Source: Vulcanimicrobiota bacterium
GTDB taxonomy: Bacteria > Vulcanimicrobiota > Vulcanimicrobiia > Eremiobacterales > Eremiobacteraceae
Direction of reading: 5' to 3'
Assembly: GCA_963812135.1 (NCBI GenBank)
Contig: CAWETU010000001.1
Span: 2,208,001 to 2,272,000 of the forward strand
Length of the DNA stretch: 64,000 bases
Shown here: positions 53,027 through 62,319 of the stretch, in pieces
Layout: the number at the start of each line of letters is the position of its first letter
How positions within the stretch are numbered: position 1 is the first letter of the stretch
Notes under the pieces: generated by a model
Told to the model about the DNA's origin: nothing
Seen by the model: only the letters and a program-made list of their open reading frames with translations
Databases searched by the model: none
Program-made: the position numbers and the translations under genes

Positions 53027-54489
53027 TTAGGGCAGGTCGACGATATCGCGGACGACCTCGTCCTCGGCGTCGAAAAACGGCCCGGGGTCGCCGGTCGCGT
53101 CGCCCACCATGACGGCGAAGATGACGCGCCCGTGGTGCAAGGTGTCGGCATAGCCGGTGAGGACGATCGCGTGCTGCATGTAGCCGGACTTGCCGTGCAC
53201 GCGGCCGACCGCATCGGTACCAACCAGCCGACCCGCCAACGTGCCGTCCATGCCGGCCCGCGGCAGCGCGTCGATGAAGTCGTTGCCGTACGAACGTTTG
53301 GCCGTCGAGCGTAGAATGACGACGAGCGTGCGCGGCGTGATGCGATCGGCAGCGCACAAGCCCGAGCCGTCTTGAGCATCGAGCGAGTCCTTGTCGATGC
53401 CGAGCTCTTGCACGGCAAAACGCTGCTCGACCGTCGCGCCGCCGATGAAATTGCCGCGTTGGGATAGCTTGCGCACCGCGAGCATCTTGAGGATGTGCTC
53501 CGCGATGAAGTTATCGCTTTTGGGCAGCATGGTGCGCAGGATGTCGATAAGCGGCGGCGAGTCATGGATCCATACGAGCGTCCCGGTCGCGATCTGTGCT
53601 TTCGGGAGCGGGGTATCATCGATGACGTCAAGCGGCACGTTCGGCGGCGGCGGCCCGGCAGCGACAGTGCCGACGCGGATGCCCGCCGCGACGAGGACGC
53701 TGCGTAGCGTCTTGACCGCGAAATCGGCCGTATCTTCGACCGCGCAGTGCAGCGTGTCTTCCGAAGAGCCGACCGGCATGCGACCAACGATAAGTATTTG
53801 CGTCGTGCCGAGACGGCGCGAACACCGCGCCGGGTCTTCGTATGGTCCCGAGCCCATGGTGGCGCGCGACGCGATGGTGTAGCCGGCGCTCGGACTGAGC
53901 AGTCTTGCGGATACAAGGTCGCCGCTGCGCGCGCCGGGGCTGATGACGACGCCGACCGTGCCTTCGTCGACGGCGAGCGCTTGGATGGGCGCTTGATAAT
54001 AGAACGGGGTGCCATCCCAGGCCCAATCCGGGCCCCAGCGGCGTTGGTCGAACAGCGTCGTGTCGGCAAGCACCGTGCCGCTCACCTCGCGGATCCCCGC
54101 GCGCGTGACGGCCGCAGCGGCGTCGACGAGATCGTTGGACGTCAGCATCGGATCGCCGCCGCCGACCAGGATGAGGTCGCCGTGCAGCACGCCATTGTCG
54201 ATGGTGCCGCGCGCGCGCAGCGACGTCGTGAATCGGAACTGCGGACCGAGGACGTCGAGCGCCGTCGCGGAGAGCAGGACTTTGAAGCTCGACGCGGGCG
54301 TGAAGGTGTGGTCGGCCTGATACGAGGCGAGCACGTGGCCGGTTGCCGCTTCGAGCGCGAACACGCCGAGTTGTGCGTGATTCATCGGGGCACGACGCGC
54401 GATGGACTCGACGGTAGCCTGCAGCGAATCTGCGCGCACGCCGACCGGCGCGAGGAACGCGCCAGAAGACCAGCGCCGCGAGCGCCATG
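53027..54489 (-). CDS. dacB: D-Ala-D-Ala carboxypeptidase/endopeptidase PBP4 (frameshift in signal peptide)
   Basis: PASSFK (SxxK), GGGDP, KSDN (SxN), DGSGL, KSG. Confidence 0.9.
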
Positions 54490-54502
54490 CGCCGAATCGT
54501 CG

Positions 54503-55318
54503 TCAGGGCAGCACGCCGAACACCAGCGTTTGGCCCGGATATTCCGGCAGCGTGAGATGGAGCGAGTCATATTTGAGCGGCAGGACTTCGCCGCTTTGCG
54601 GATCGCGCATGTCGAACGGGCCGATCACCGTCCATTGCGCGGGCGAGAGAACGTCGAGATCGGTCCAGAGCCGGGTGAAATCTTTGCTCGCCGCGCGCAG
54701 CGATGTGATGAGGCCTTCGAAATCGCGGTCGCCGACGTATTCCGCGTACTCGGCGCGGAACGCCGCGACGAGCCGGCCCGCGTAGTCTTCCCAACGCGGA
54801 AATACGGTGCGCGCGTCTTTGTCGGTGAACAGCTTCCACAGCGCGTTGCGTTCGAGGCCGGGCGACGTGTGATCGAGCTTCTGCATCTTGCCGAAGCGAT
54901 CGTTCCACGCGAGGTAGTCGAAGCGCGAGTTGCGCAGATAGGCGTAGCCGTCTGTGAAGCGCTCGACGAGGTGGCGGACGCCGTCGTCCACCTCCATCTC
55001 CCACACGTGGGGCTGGTCGGTGTGCGGCCGGACGAGCTTTTGCAGGTATTCTATTTCGGAGGAGGTGAGGCGCAGCGCCGAGCCGATGCGTTCGAGCGTC
55101 TCCTCGCTGACGGCGATCGGGCGTCCTTGCTCGAGCCACGTGTACCACGTCAACCCGACGTCGGCGAGCAGCGCGACTTCTTCGCGGCGCAGACCTTTGA
55201 CGCGCCGTCGCACGCCTGACGGCAAGCCGAGGTCCGCGGGCGCAAGCCGTTCGCGCCGCGATCGAAGGAATGAGGCGATCTCAGCGTGACGGTCGCTGCG
55301 GGCTGGAACACCTGACAT
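54503..55318 (-). CDS. XRE HTH / MmyB-like regulator
   Basis: FLRSRRERL..RRRVKGLRREEVA..WYTWLEQGR plus PAS-like ligand-binding domain. Confidence 0.9.
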   Translation of the reverse strand: MSGVPARSDRHAEIASFLRSRRERLAPADLGLPSGVRRRVKGLRREEVALLADVGLTWYTWLEQGRPIAVSEETLERIGSALRLTSSEIEYLQKLVRPHTDQPHVWEMEVDDGVRHLVERFTDGYAYLRNSRFDYLAWNDRFGKMQKLDHTSPGLERNALWKLFTDKDARTVFPRWEDYAGRLVAAFRAEYAEYVGDRDFEGLITSLRAASKDFTRLWTDLDVLSPAQWTVIGPFDMRDPQSGEVLPLKYDSLHLTLPEYPGQTLVFGVLP

Positions 55319-55400
55319 CGTGGAAAGCGACTTCGACCGGTCGCTTCAGGTCCCTAGCCCATGACCGTAGGGACAGCGCGTGCGCGGGTGCGGGAATCGG

Positions 55401-55565
55401 CTATGCGATCACGTCCGTCCGGTCACTGGGGTCTGCTGGAACCGCCGGCGGTTCGAACAGCTCGTCAATCCGGCCGGCTTTGAGGCACTCGTCGCAAATA
55501 TGATGCGCCGTGCCGGGAACCAAAAACACTTCGCCGCTGGACTGACAGATATCACACCGTTGCAT
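55401..55565 (-). CDS. 54-aa C4 zinc-finger protein
   Basis: CDIC..ICDEC spacing like the ClpX-type Zn finger. Confidence 0.45.
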   Translation of the reverse strand: MQRCDICQSSGEVFLVPGTAHHICDECLKAGRIDELFEPPAVPADPSDRTDVIA

Positions 55566-55758
55566 AGTGGGCCTCAATTTTGCGCCCCGGTACGAGGGGC
55601 GGGTTATGTTTGTTTCGCGTCTGTGTACCGTGCCCTGCAAGCGTACAGCGATGCGTAAGTATGTCGATATCTCGCAGCATCGTCTTAGAATGCTTGGGAA
55701 CAATGATATCGAACCATTTTGCCCCCCAGCAGGGCTTCCGGTCAAATCGGAGGCGGTG

Positions 55759-56007
55759 ATGAGTCCTCTCGAAATATGCAATATCCTCGTCAGGCACGAT
55801 CCAATCCATATAGATGCCGGAGACGACACCTACTCGATCGAGTCGCGAGTTCTCGCTCGCAGGTTCTCGAAGAACACCAGCGTGGCGGATTGGCGGCGCG
55901 CGGTGCACGAGGATATGGAGTTTTGGTCGGACGACGAGGCGGCTGGCTCCGAAGAAAGCTATCAGTCGATCGCGCAAGAGCTCTGGAACGGTTTTCACCT
56001 CAATTGA
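55759..56007 (+). CDS. Small hypothetical protein (DUF1871-like)
   Basis: GGAGG RBS; HDPIHI..DTYSIE..YQSIAQELW. Confidence 0.5.
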   Translation: MSPLEICNILVRHDPIHIDAGDDTYSIESRVLARRFSKNTSVADWRRAVHEDMEFWSDDEAAGSEESYQSIAQELWNGFHLN

Positions 56008-56049
56008 ACGCGCTCGGATAAGATAGCGGCCCCGCGCACGTCACGCGCG

Positions 56050-56806
56050 GGGCCGAGCGGAATTCCGACGAAGCGAATCGTTATCTGGAGATGCGCACGT
56101 CGCGGGTCGCGGTGCGCTTCGACGTCATGCCCGCGACGCGAAGTTCGAGCCCATCGTGATGCTCTTGACGCTACGGACTGCGACCTATGCGGGCCGGTGA
56201 CCGTGAACGTACGTCGTAGACGTTGTCGCGTCGGGTACCCACAAGGCGTCGCCGTGTAGAATGCCGCCGGCTGCGAGAAGCGAGCGCGAACTCGTTGAAG
56301 TCGCCGACATTGACCCTTGACAGTCCGCCGCGTAATTGGACGTTGAATTGGTTTGCTTGCGCGACCTGTTGGCGACGTAGAGATAAGGTCCCCTGGGTCA
56401 CGGGTCGACGTTTGGTGCCTCGTACTTGGGAACGATCGCACCGTCGGCGAGAATGGTCGCCGCCAGGACTTTGCATGCGGCGCCACGGTTTGATGGCATC
56501 TGACTCGGCGCCGGCGGGGAATTTGGCTGACGGCCGAGCCACGTCCATGTGCGCTCCCATCCGGGTTCAGCGCGTCGACGTGAAGCTTCAAGGTGGTCAC
56601 GGTGCCGTTGGCCACTGCTCTTTGCGCTTGAAATTGACCCACTGCGAAGGCCGGCAAACCGGCGGGCACCGGGGCGTGATGGTGCCTTTGAGCGTGTAGG
56701 TGAATTGGTCGCCGACCGCACGGGTCGCGGCGCTGGCTGGTGCAGCCATGCAAAGGAGGCCCAACGCAGCAAGGACGAGGTCGCGGATCCGGCGGTCGAG
56801 TGTCAT
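56050..56806 (-). pseudogene. Secreted hypothetical protein, multiply frameshifted (errors or decay)
   Basis: GAGGAG RBS and signal peptide at 56806; coding-like fragments in several frames. Confidence 0.4.
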
Positions 56807-56817
56807 ATCAATGCTCC

Positions 56818-57660
56818 TCAGTGAAGTCGGATGGCGGTGAGAAAAGACCGGCTTCTCGTTCGCCCGTAGATCGGATGTTGCCGAGCTCGGTCAAGGATCG
56901 TGATATCTCCTGCGATGCTCGGGCGCATCGAGAACGAACGGTACATCACCAGCTTGCCCGGTTCGAACGCCGATGCGGTCGTCGACGGCTGGCATGCGCT
57001 CGCGAGCACGCTTGCCGGATCCGGCGCTTTTGACGGCGCATTGTCGGGGTCTGGAAGATCCGTGACATACTCCACGATGTCGACCTCGTGGTTTCCCGCT
57101 TTGAACCAGCCGACTGGCTGCGCCGATTGAAGAGTGCCGCTCAGATGATAGTCGCGCACGTGCTGGTGCTCGATCGCCGTGGGCGTGAGCGTCGCGATAG
57201 GGCGTGCCGACGAGTTCGGAGACCGGCGCGGGCGTGGCGTGAACTGGTAACGGTCGTGATGCCGGGGTGACGCTTGCGACGGTATGATATCTGCGGCGGA
57301 ATCAAGGACGAGCGGGAGCCCTTGTCCGGTTTGATGATCGTGGCGTAGTGGCCGGCGTCACTCGCCGCCAGCCGCGCTAGTAGGCGATCTGGGTCATCGG
57401 CCGGCGCTCATCAATGCTCTGGATTGTGACGCGATCTGCCCCGGCGTGTTTCTGGGCGGCGTTGAAAGCCGTGCAGGCCGCCACCGACGCACTCGCTGCG
57501 AGGAATGAACCCACGCCGGATGGCGGCTGAGCAATCCCGTCAACAGTCCGGCCGCCATGCTCGGGGCGGCTGGACCGCTGTTGAAATGATAGGGCGGCAA
57601 TTTGGCGATCGGGTCGCGTGAGCGGCGAAGCTGTCCGGCGGTGGCGGCGTGCCCGATACG
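56818..57660 (-). pseudogene. Hypothetical protein fragments, multiply frameshifted
   Basis: ORF pieces 56818..57159 and 57394..57600 with no clean frame. Confidence 0.3.
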
Positions 57661-57815
57661 ATGACCCTGGCGATAATATCGTAGGTTATGTCAAAATGAG
57701 GCGCCAAGGGAGGCGCTCAATGGCAGAGGTTTGCGACTACGCAGGCAAAGGTTGTGCAAAAACAAGTCACAATAGTTACAAGTCTCATGCGGACAGTCTA
57801 GCTGAATTTGCTACA

Positions 57816-58865
57816 TCATTTCGTGCATGCGAAGCTGATCCGGAAGTTCGGCGGATTGACGGTGTAATGGGGCCTCCCAACGCGTACGTTCTGCTTGGCA
57901 GCGTCGAATGGTACGATCAGTTTCGCCGGCTTGTCGTTGGGGTCGAGGGGGCCTTGGCGGAAGCGCTGCTGGTACGTGAACGAACTGCCCGGCGCGAAGG
58001 TGCGGTTCATCAACTGCCCCCAGTTCATCGACGAGCCAGCGCTGTTGGTCACCCCTATGGTGTTTCCGCTCGCCAGCGCGAGCTGCTGCTCGCTCGTGTT
58101 GGTGTCGCCTGGCGCGAGCGGACTACTCGTCACATTGACCCAGTCCTCCGTGATCATCCAGCCGACCTGCGGATTGCTGGGATTGTTGTCGTTGCCATAG
58201 TCGGGTCCGAACGCGGTGGCTCTGACCTTCCATATCCCGTTGGACATCCACTGGTTCAAGCAGCCCTCTTTGGCCGGGATCTCCGACGAACCACCTTGGG
58301 CCGCCGCCGTCGTCGCGCTCGCGGTGCAGTCGAGCTTGATCCGGAAGTCATATTTTTTGGTGGAGAATTGCGGCTGGAACCTGGCTTGCGATAGCTTTGC
58401 GTTGTCGAACGAGATGATCAGCGCCTTGGGCTTGTTGTTCGCATCCACCGCGCCCTTTGCCGATCGAAACATCTGCACGTATTGGAACTGGCCCGACGCG
58501 GGCAGGGCATGCGAGTCGATCACCGACTGCGACATTTGAGACGTATTGGTGTCGGTCGTGGAGAGCGAGGTGCCGTCGGTGAGCTGGAGCTGCTGCGGTT
58601 TGGTGAAGCTGTTACCGGGAGCGATGTTCTGAGTCGTGCCGTTGCGCCACACCTCGGTCACTTGCCAGCCGACCTGCTGGGCACCGTCCATGAGCGGTTC
58701 AACTTTGGTCGCCTGAACGCGCCAGACACCGTTGAACATCCATTGATTCATGCAGCCTTCGCTGGTCGTCGCGTCACCGGCGCTCGTCGAGCGCACGCTG
58801 ATCAACGCGATGAGGATTAGACCAGCCGCTAACGACAGCGCCGGCCGTACCAGGAAATGCCGCAT
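57816..58865 (-). CDS. Secreted protein with tandem duplicated beta domain
   Basis: EGCMNQWMFNGVWRVQAT..FRIKLDCT and EGCLNQWMSNGIWKVRAT..FRISFACT. Confidence 0.8.
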   Translation of the reverse strand: MRHFLVRPALSLAAGLILIALISVRSTSAGDATTSEGCMNQWMFNGVWRVQATKVEPLMDGAQQVGWQVTEVWRNGTTQNIAPGNSFTKPQQLQLTDGTSLSTTDTNTSQMSQSVIDSHALPASGQFQYVQMFRSAKGAVDANNKPKALIISFDNAKLSQARFQPQFSTKKYDFRIKLDCTASATTAAAQGGSSEIPAKEGCLNQWMSNGIWKVRATAFGPDYGNDNNPSNPQVGWMITEDWVNVTSSPLAPGDTNTSEQQLALASGNTIGVTNSAGSSMNWGQLMNRTFAPGSSFTYQQRFRQGPLDPNDKPAKLIVPFDAAKQNVRVGRPHYTVNPPNFRISFACTK

Positions 58866-58945
58866 GGGAACCTCCTCAGGGGCAAGTTGGCAGGATGGGC
58901 ATGAGTGTACCGTCCGCGCTTGCGAAAACCTCTTTGCCGCTTGCT

Positions 58946-58991
58946 CGGTCGAATAAATTCGACCGCTACGTCTCTCTTATTCGACCGCTAC
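58946..58991 (-). repeat. GTAG-type REP copy 6 plus tandem half copy
   Basis: CGGTCGAATAAATTCGACCGCTAC-gtctctctt-ATTCGACCGCTAC. Confidence 0.85.
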
Positions 58992-59195
58992 ATTTTACGA
59001 GAGCGTTCAAGCAGCAGTTCTCGCTCGCGGGCGTTCTTGGTGAGGGCTGCCGCGCGCTCGAACTCGGCACGCGCTTCTGCGTGGCGGCCGAGCTTTGCGA
59101 GCAGGTCGCCGCGCACGCTCGGCAAGAGATGATACGATTTGAGCGATGGCTCATCGGCCAACGCATCGACGATCTCAAGACCCGCTGCGGATGGC
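58988..59195 (-). pseudogene. 3' remnant of an ECF sigma factor with C-terminal TPR extension
   Basis: AGLEIVDAL..YHLLPSVRGDLLAKLGRHAEARAEFERAAALTKNARERELL; sigma2/4 regions absent. Confidence 0.75.
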
Positions 59196-59272
59196 CAAAT
59201 CGACACCAAGGGCATAGGTGCGTCCCGCTCGTATGACCTTATCTACCTTACGGCTTTAGAAGGACGTGCATA

Positions 59273-59551
59273 ATGGCTGATCCAGAGAAAGCGACCAAAG
59301 GGAGCGATTGTTTCGCCGAGTGCCGCCAGCTCCTCGATGATTGTATGTCGATGGCCCAGACCGATGCTGACAAAGCCGCGTGCGCAGCGGATTTCAAGAC
59401 TTGCGTCAGCTATTGTCCGGATCAGTTCGCCGAACGCGATTGCTATACCGCGTGCGCGACCGCCTACGACTCGTGCATGGCAACTGCCGGCAGCGATGCC
59501 GAGAAGGCCGCGTGCGCGGTGAAGTATCAGAATTGTCTCGCCAACTGTTGA
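59273..59551 (+). CDS. 92-aa Cys-rich protein, two C-x3-C-x6-C-x12-C-x6-C-x3-C repeats
   Basis: AAGGA RBS; 12 Cys in two exact repeats. Confidence 0.75.
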   Translation: MADPEKATKGSDCFAECRQLLDDCMSMAQTDADKAACAADFKTCVSYCPDQFAERDCYTACATAYDSCMATAGSDAEKAACAVKYQNCLANC

Positions 59552-59575
59552 CGGTCGAATAAATTCGACCGCTAC
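59552..59575 (-). repeat. GTAG-type REP copy 7
   Basis: CGGTCGAATAAATTCGACCGCTAC. Confidence 0.85.
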
Positions 59576-60006
59576 AAGGGCAATCTGGGGCGCGGATAGT
59601 GCTCTGCGAGAACTTGGCCGACTTCGGTCACGCCGTGGACGATGCCGATGGTGAGGTCGCCGGTCTTTATCTGATCGGCGATCTCGTTGGCGATTCGATC
59701 CCAAAACGCTTGGCCGACTTTTTGATGGATGCCCGAACCGCCGAGCACGCGCAGCGAGCGCTGCGACGGCACGACGAATAACAGCACGCCGTTCTCGTCC
59801 ATCGGATGCGAGGAGCGTAAGCGCGCGAACGCGTGATTCGCGTAGCGATGGTGGTGGCCGAACAAACGCGGCGCCAGCGTGACGTAGATCTTGCCGGTGG
59901 TCTCCTTCTCCGCGGCCGTGATGGCGTCGCTGATCCGCTTGGCGTCCACTTGGCGAGCCAGCGGATGGCGCGTCCGGTCAGCAGGATCGTGCGGCAGGTT
60001 CACCAT
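59572..60006 (-). CDS. TPM domain protein
   Basis: AITAAEKETTGKI..NGVLLFV..GIHQKVGQAFW..LAEHYP. Confidence 0.88.
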   Translation of the reverse strand: MVNLPHDPADRTRHPLARQVDAKRISDAITAAEKETTGKIYVTLAPRLFGHHHRYANHAFARLRSSHPMDENGVLLFVVPSQRSLRVLGGSGIHQKVGQAFWDRIANEIADQIKTGDLTIGIVHGVTEVGQVLAEHYPRPRLPL

Positions 60007-60815
60007 GATGCCGATGCTCCGCCGCCGCCGCCCATGCCGCCGCCACCCGAGAAGCCGCCGCCACCGCCGCCGCCGAAATCGCTGTCGCCCGAACTGCCGC
60101 CGCTAAAGCCGCCGACCCCGCCCCACCAACCCGGGCCGTAACCACCCGAGCCGATCGTGTAGCCGCGTCGCGCGGCGTATGTCGCGCTGCGGATAAAGGT
60201 GACGATCATGAAGATCATGACCATGATGAACACGACGAACGGTGCGACGACCCAGAAGGTTGGAGGGACGCCTGAGGTTTGGGTTTCACCGGTCTGCTCC
60301 GGCGTGGCACCGCCGATCGCGGCGATGAGGGCGTTGACGCCCGCGGTCACGGCGCCGTCGACGTCGCCTTCCTTTAGATGGGTGGCGATGATGGTGCGCG
60401 CGATCTGCGAGGCGCGCGCGTCGGTGAGCTGGCCCTCGAGTCCGTAGCCGACTTCGATGCGGATCTTGTGGTCGCGCATGAAGATGAACAGCGCGAGCCC
60501 GTCGTCGAGTCCCTTGCGACCGACTTTCCAATTGGTGAAGGCGTGGATCGTCCAGTCCTCGAGCGGCGTATCGCCGGTGGTCTGGGCGATGTACACGATG
60601 AACTGATGGCCCGAGGTGCGATAGTATTCGGCGAGTTGCGCGTTGATCGCGTCGCGCGTCGTCGGCGAGAGCGCACCCGCGGCGTCGGTGACCCATTGGG
60701 TGGGCATCGGCGGGATGGGTTCTTCGGCGGCGCGCGCTTGTTGAACGCCCAGCGCGAGCGAGACGAACAGTGCGAGCGACGCGAACAACGCGCCGCGCGC
60801 GGTCAGGCGCAACAA
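60000..60815 (-). CDS. TPM domain (YgcG-like) membrane protein with Gly-rich tail
   Basis: VTDAAG, WKVGRKGLDDG, RIEVGYGLEG, GGGGASASW. Confidence 0.92.
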   Translation of the reverse strand: MLRLTARGALFASLALFVSLALGVQQARAAEEPIPPMPTQWVTDAAGALSPTTRDAINAQLAEYYRTSGHQFIVYIAQTTGDTPLEDWTIHAFTNWKVGRKGLDDGLALFIFMRDHKIRIEVGYGLEGQLTDARASQIARTIIATHLKEGDVDGAVTAGVNALIAAIGGATPEQTGETQTSGVPPTFWVVAPFVVFIMVMIFMIVTFIRSATYAARRGYTIGSGGYGPGWWGGVGGFSGGSSGDSDFGGGGGGGFSGGGGMGGGGGASASW

Positions 60816-60816
60816 A

Positions 60817-61422
60817 CTAGAAGTTGACCTGTGGCGCAGTCTGCGCGCCGGGCTGCGACTTGAAGTATTCCCTCGGTTTGAATTTGTCGCCGAACATGCC
60901 GGCGACGAGCACGGTGGGGAATTGTTGGCGCGTGGTGTTGAACGTCTGGGCGACCTGATTGTAGCGGTTGCGCTCGACCGCGATGCGGTTCTCCGTGCCC
61001 TCCAGCTGGGATTGCAGCTCGAGGAAATTCTCGTTGGCCTTGAGCTGGGGATAGTTCTCGACCACCGCGAGCAGGTGCGTGAGCGCGCCGCTCAGGCTGT
61101 CCTGCGCGGCTTGGAATTTGGCGAACGCGGCGGGATCGGTCGGCAGGTTCGAGGCGTTGACGTTGAGCTGGCCGACCTTGGCGCGCGCTTCGGCGACCTG
61201 CGTGTACGTGCTCTTCTCGAAATTCGCGACGCCTTTGACGGTCGCCACCAAGTTCGGGATGAGGTCGGCGCGCCGCTGGTAGACGTTTTCGACTTGCGCC
61301 CACTGCGCATCGACGGCTTGGCTCAGCGACACGAGATTGTTGTACGTGCTCGCCAAAAAGAGGCCGACGACGGCGATGATGAGCACGATGGCGATCAGAC
61401 AGCCTAGTAGACCGCGACTCAT
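60817..61422 (-). CDS. lemA: LemA family protein
   Basis: YQRRADLIPNLV, ENYPQLKANENF, LEGTENRI. Confidence 0.95.
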   Translation of the reverse strand: MSRGLLGCLIAIVLIIAVVGLFLASTYNNLVSLSQAVDAQWAQVENVYQRRADLIPNLVATVKGVANFEKSTYTQVAEARAKVGQLNVNASNLPTDPAAFAKFQAAQDSLSGALTHLLAVVENYPQLKANENFLELQSQLEGTENRIAVERNRYNQVAQTFNTTRQQFPTVLVAGMFGDKFKPREYFKSQPGAQTAPQVNF

Positions 61423-61493
61423 CCTTGTCCCCCTTAAGGTCAGCTCGCGCGATGTAGGGGTCAGGTTCCGTCGGGGCTTCGAACTCCCCTCGG

Positions 61494-61544
61494 AAAAGAA
61501 GAAACCAGCCTCGTTTGGCTGGTTCCAGCGCTGGCTCGTCAAGC
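61494..61544 (-). ncRNA. Orphan antisense-type sRNA related to modules 1 and 2
   Basis: TATAAT 61556-51, body GCTTGACGAGCCAGCGCTG, terminator GAACCAGCC-AAACGA-GGCTGGTT-TCTTCTTTT similar to module 1. Confidence 0.55.
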
Positions 61545-61770
61545 AAAGCCATTATAGCGCCCGTGTTTGTTGGCAATAGGGTGTGAGGAGAGAAGGTCAA
61601 GGTGAGCTTGTCGTCACCTGGATAGAGATTCCGGCAGACGAGCCGGTCGTCAGCGTTGAATGCTTACTGTCTGGCCCAGCTTTGTCGACACGCTACGCTC
61701 TTGCGGAGAGCGTTGTGTTTTGGCTTTTTCATTGTGCTGATATTGTAGCGCTGGAGCGGATTTGGTCAAT

Positions 61771-61794
61771 CGGTCGAACAAATTCGACCGCTAC
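61771..61794 (-). repeat. GTAG-type REP copy 8
   Basis: CGGTCGAACAAATTCGACCGCTAC. Confidence 0.85.
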
Positions 61795-61806
61795 AGATGA
61801 GCGGGA

Positions 61807-62055
61807 TCAGCGCTTGCTGCGGCTTTGGCTCGTGCGCGGCGCGGACCCGGACGGACCGCGGCTGGGCTGTGCGCATGCTTTCTGAAGGCTCGCCGGTTCG
61901 TACTCGAGGTAATAGTCAATCGCATCGCGGGTAAGGCGAGCGACTTCTTGGCGCGTTGCGCGAGCGACCGCGATTGCCACCTCGGGTCTGACGACGGCGG
62001 CATAGCCGGTTCGAGTTTTCTGGATACTAAATCGGAAGCCGCGGTGCTCTATCAT
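61807..62055 (-). CDS. hicB: HicB-like antitoxin
   Basis: TGYAAVVRPE..ARATRQEVARLTRDAIDYYLE; ATGA overlap with hicA. Confidence 0.7.
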   Translation of the reverse strand: MIEHRGFRFSIQKTRTGYAAVVRPEVAIAVARATRQEVARLTRDAIDYYLEYEPASLQKACAQPSRGPSGSAPRTSQSRSKR

Positions 62056-62249
62056 AGACGTTCAATCCCCATGGTTCGGAAAATAGATTTCAGCAGACCA
62101 ATCGGCTGTTCCCGGTCGTCATTGCCGGCCAAGACGACGACTCCGCTCCGCTTCGGATGTTTCCATATTTGGTGGCTGCCGCGTTGTCGAGCGACATACC
62201 ACCCGTTCTTGAGCAGACGCGCGCGAATCTCTCGGTTTTTGGGCGGCAT
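62052..62249 (-). CDS. hicA: HicA family toxin
   Basis: LLKNGW..RQRGSHQIWKHP..GLLKSIF. Confidence 0.9.
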   Translation of the reverse strand: MPPKNREIRARLLKNGWYVARQRGSHQIWKHPKRSGVVVLAGNDDREQPIGLLKSIFRTMGIERL

Positions 62250-62295
62250 GACCGGCGAATCACGCGCGGCAACCGTTTCGTCTAGCCTAGTCTGA

Positions 62296-62319
62296 CGGTC
62301 GAATAAATTCGACCGCTAC
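62296..62319 (-). repeat. GTAG-type REP copy 9
   Basis: CGGTCGAATAAATTCGACCGCTAC. Confidence 0.85.

Noticed and set aside
60961..60982. Opposite-orientation REP (GTAGCGGTTGCGCTCGACCG)
   Set aside because: Lacks the AT-rich centre and lies in conserved LemA codons (AVERNRY); likely coincidence
61468..61493. T-loop-like hairpin GGGGAGTTCGAAGCCCC upstream of lemA as a third tRNA-like domain
   Set aside because: No acceptor stem, D arm or GUC loop around it
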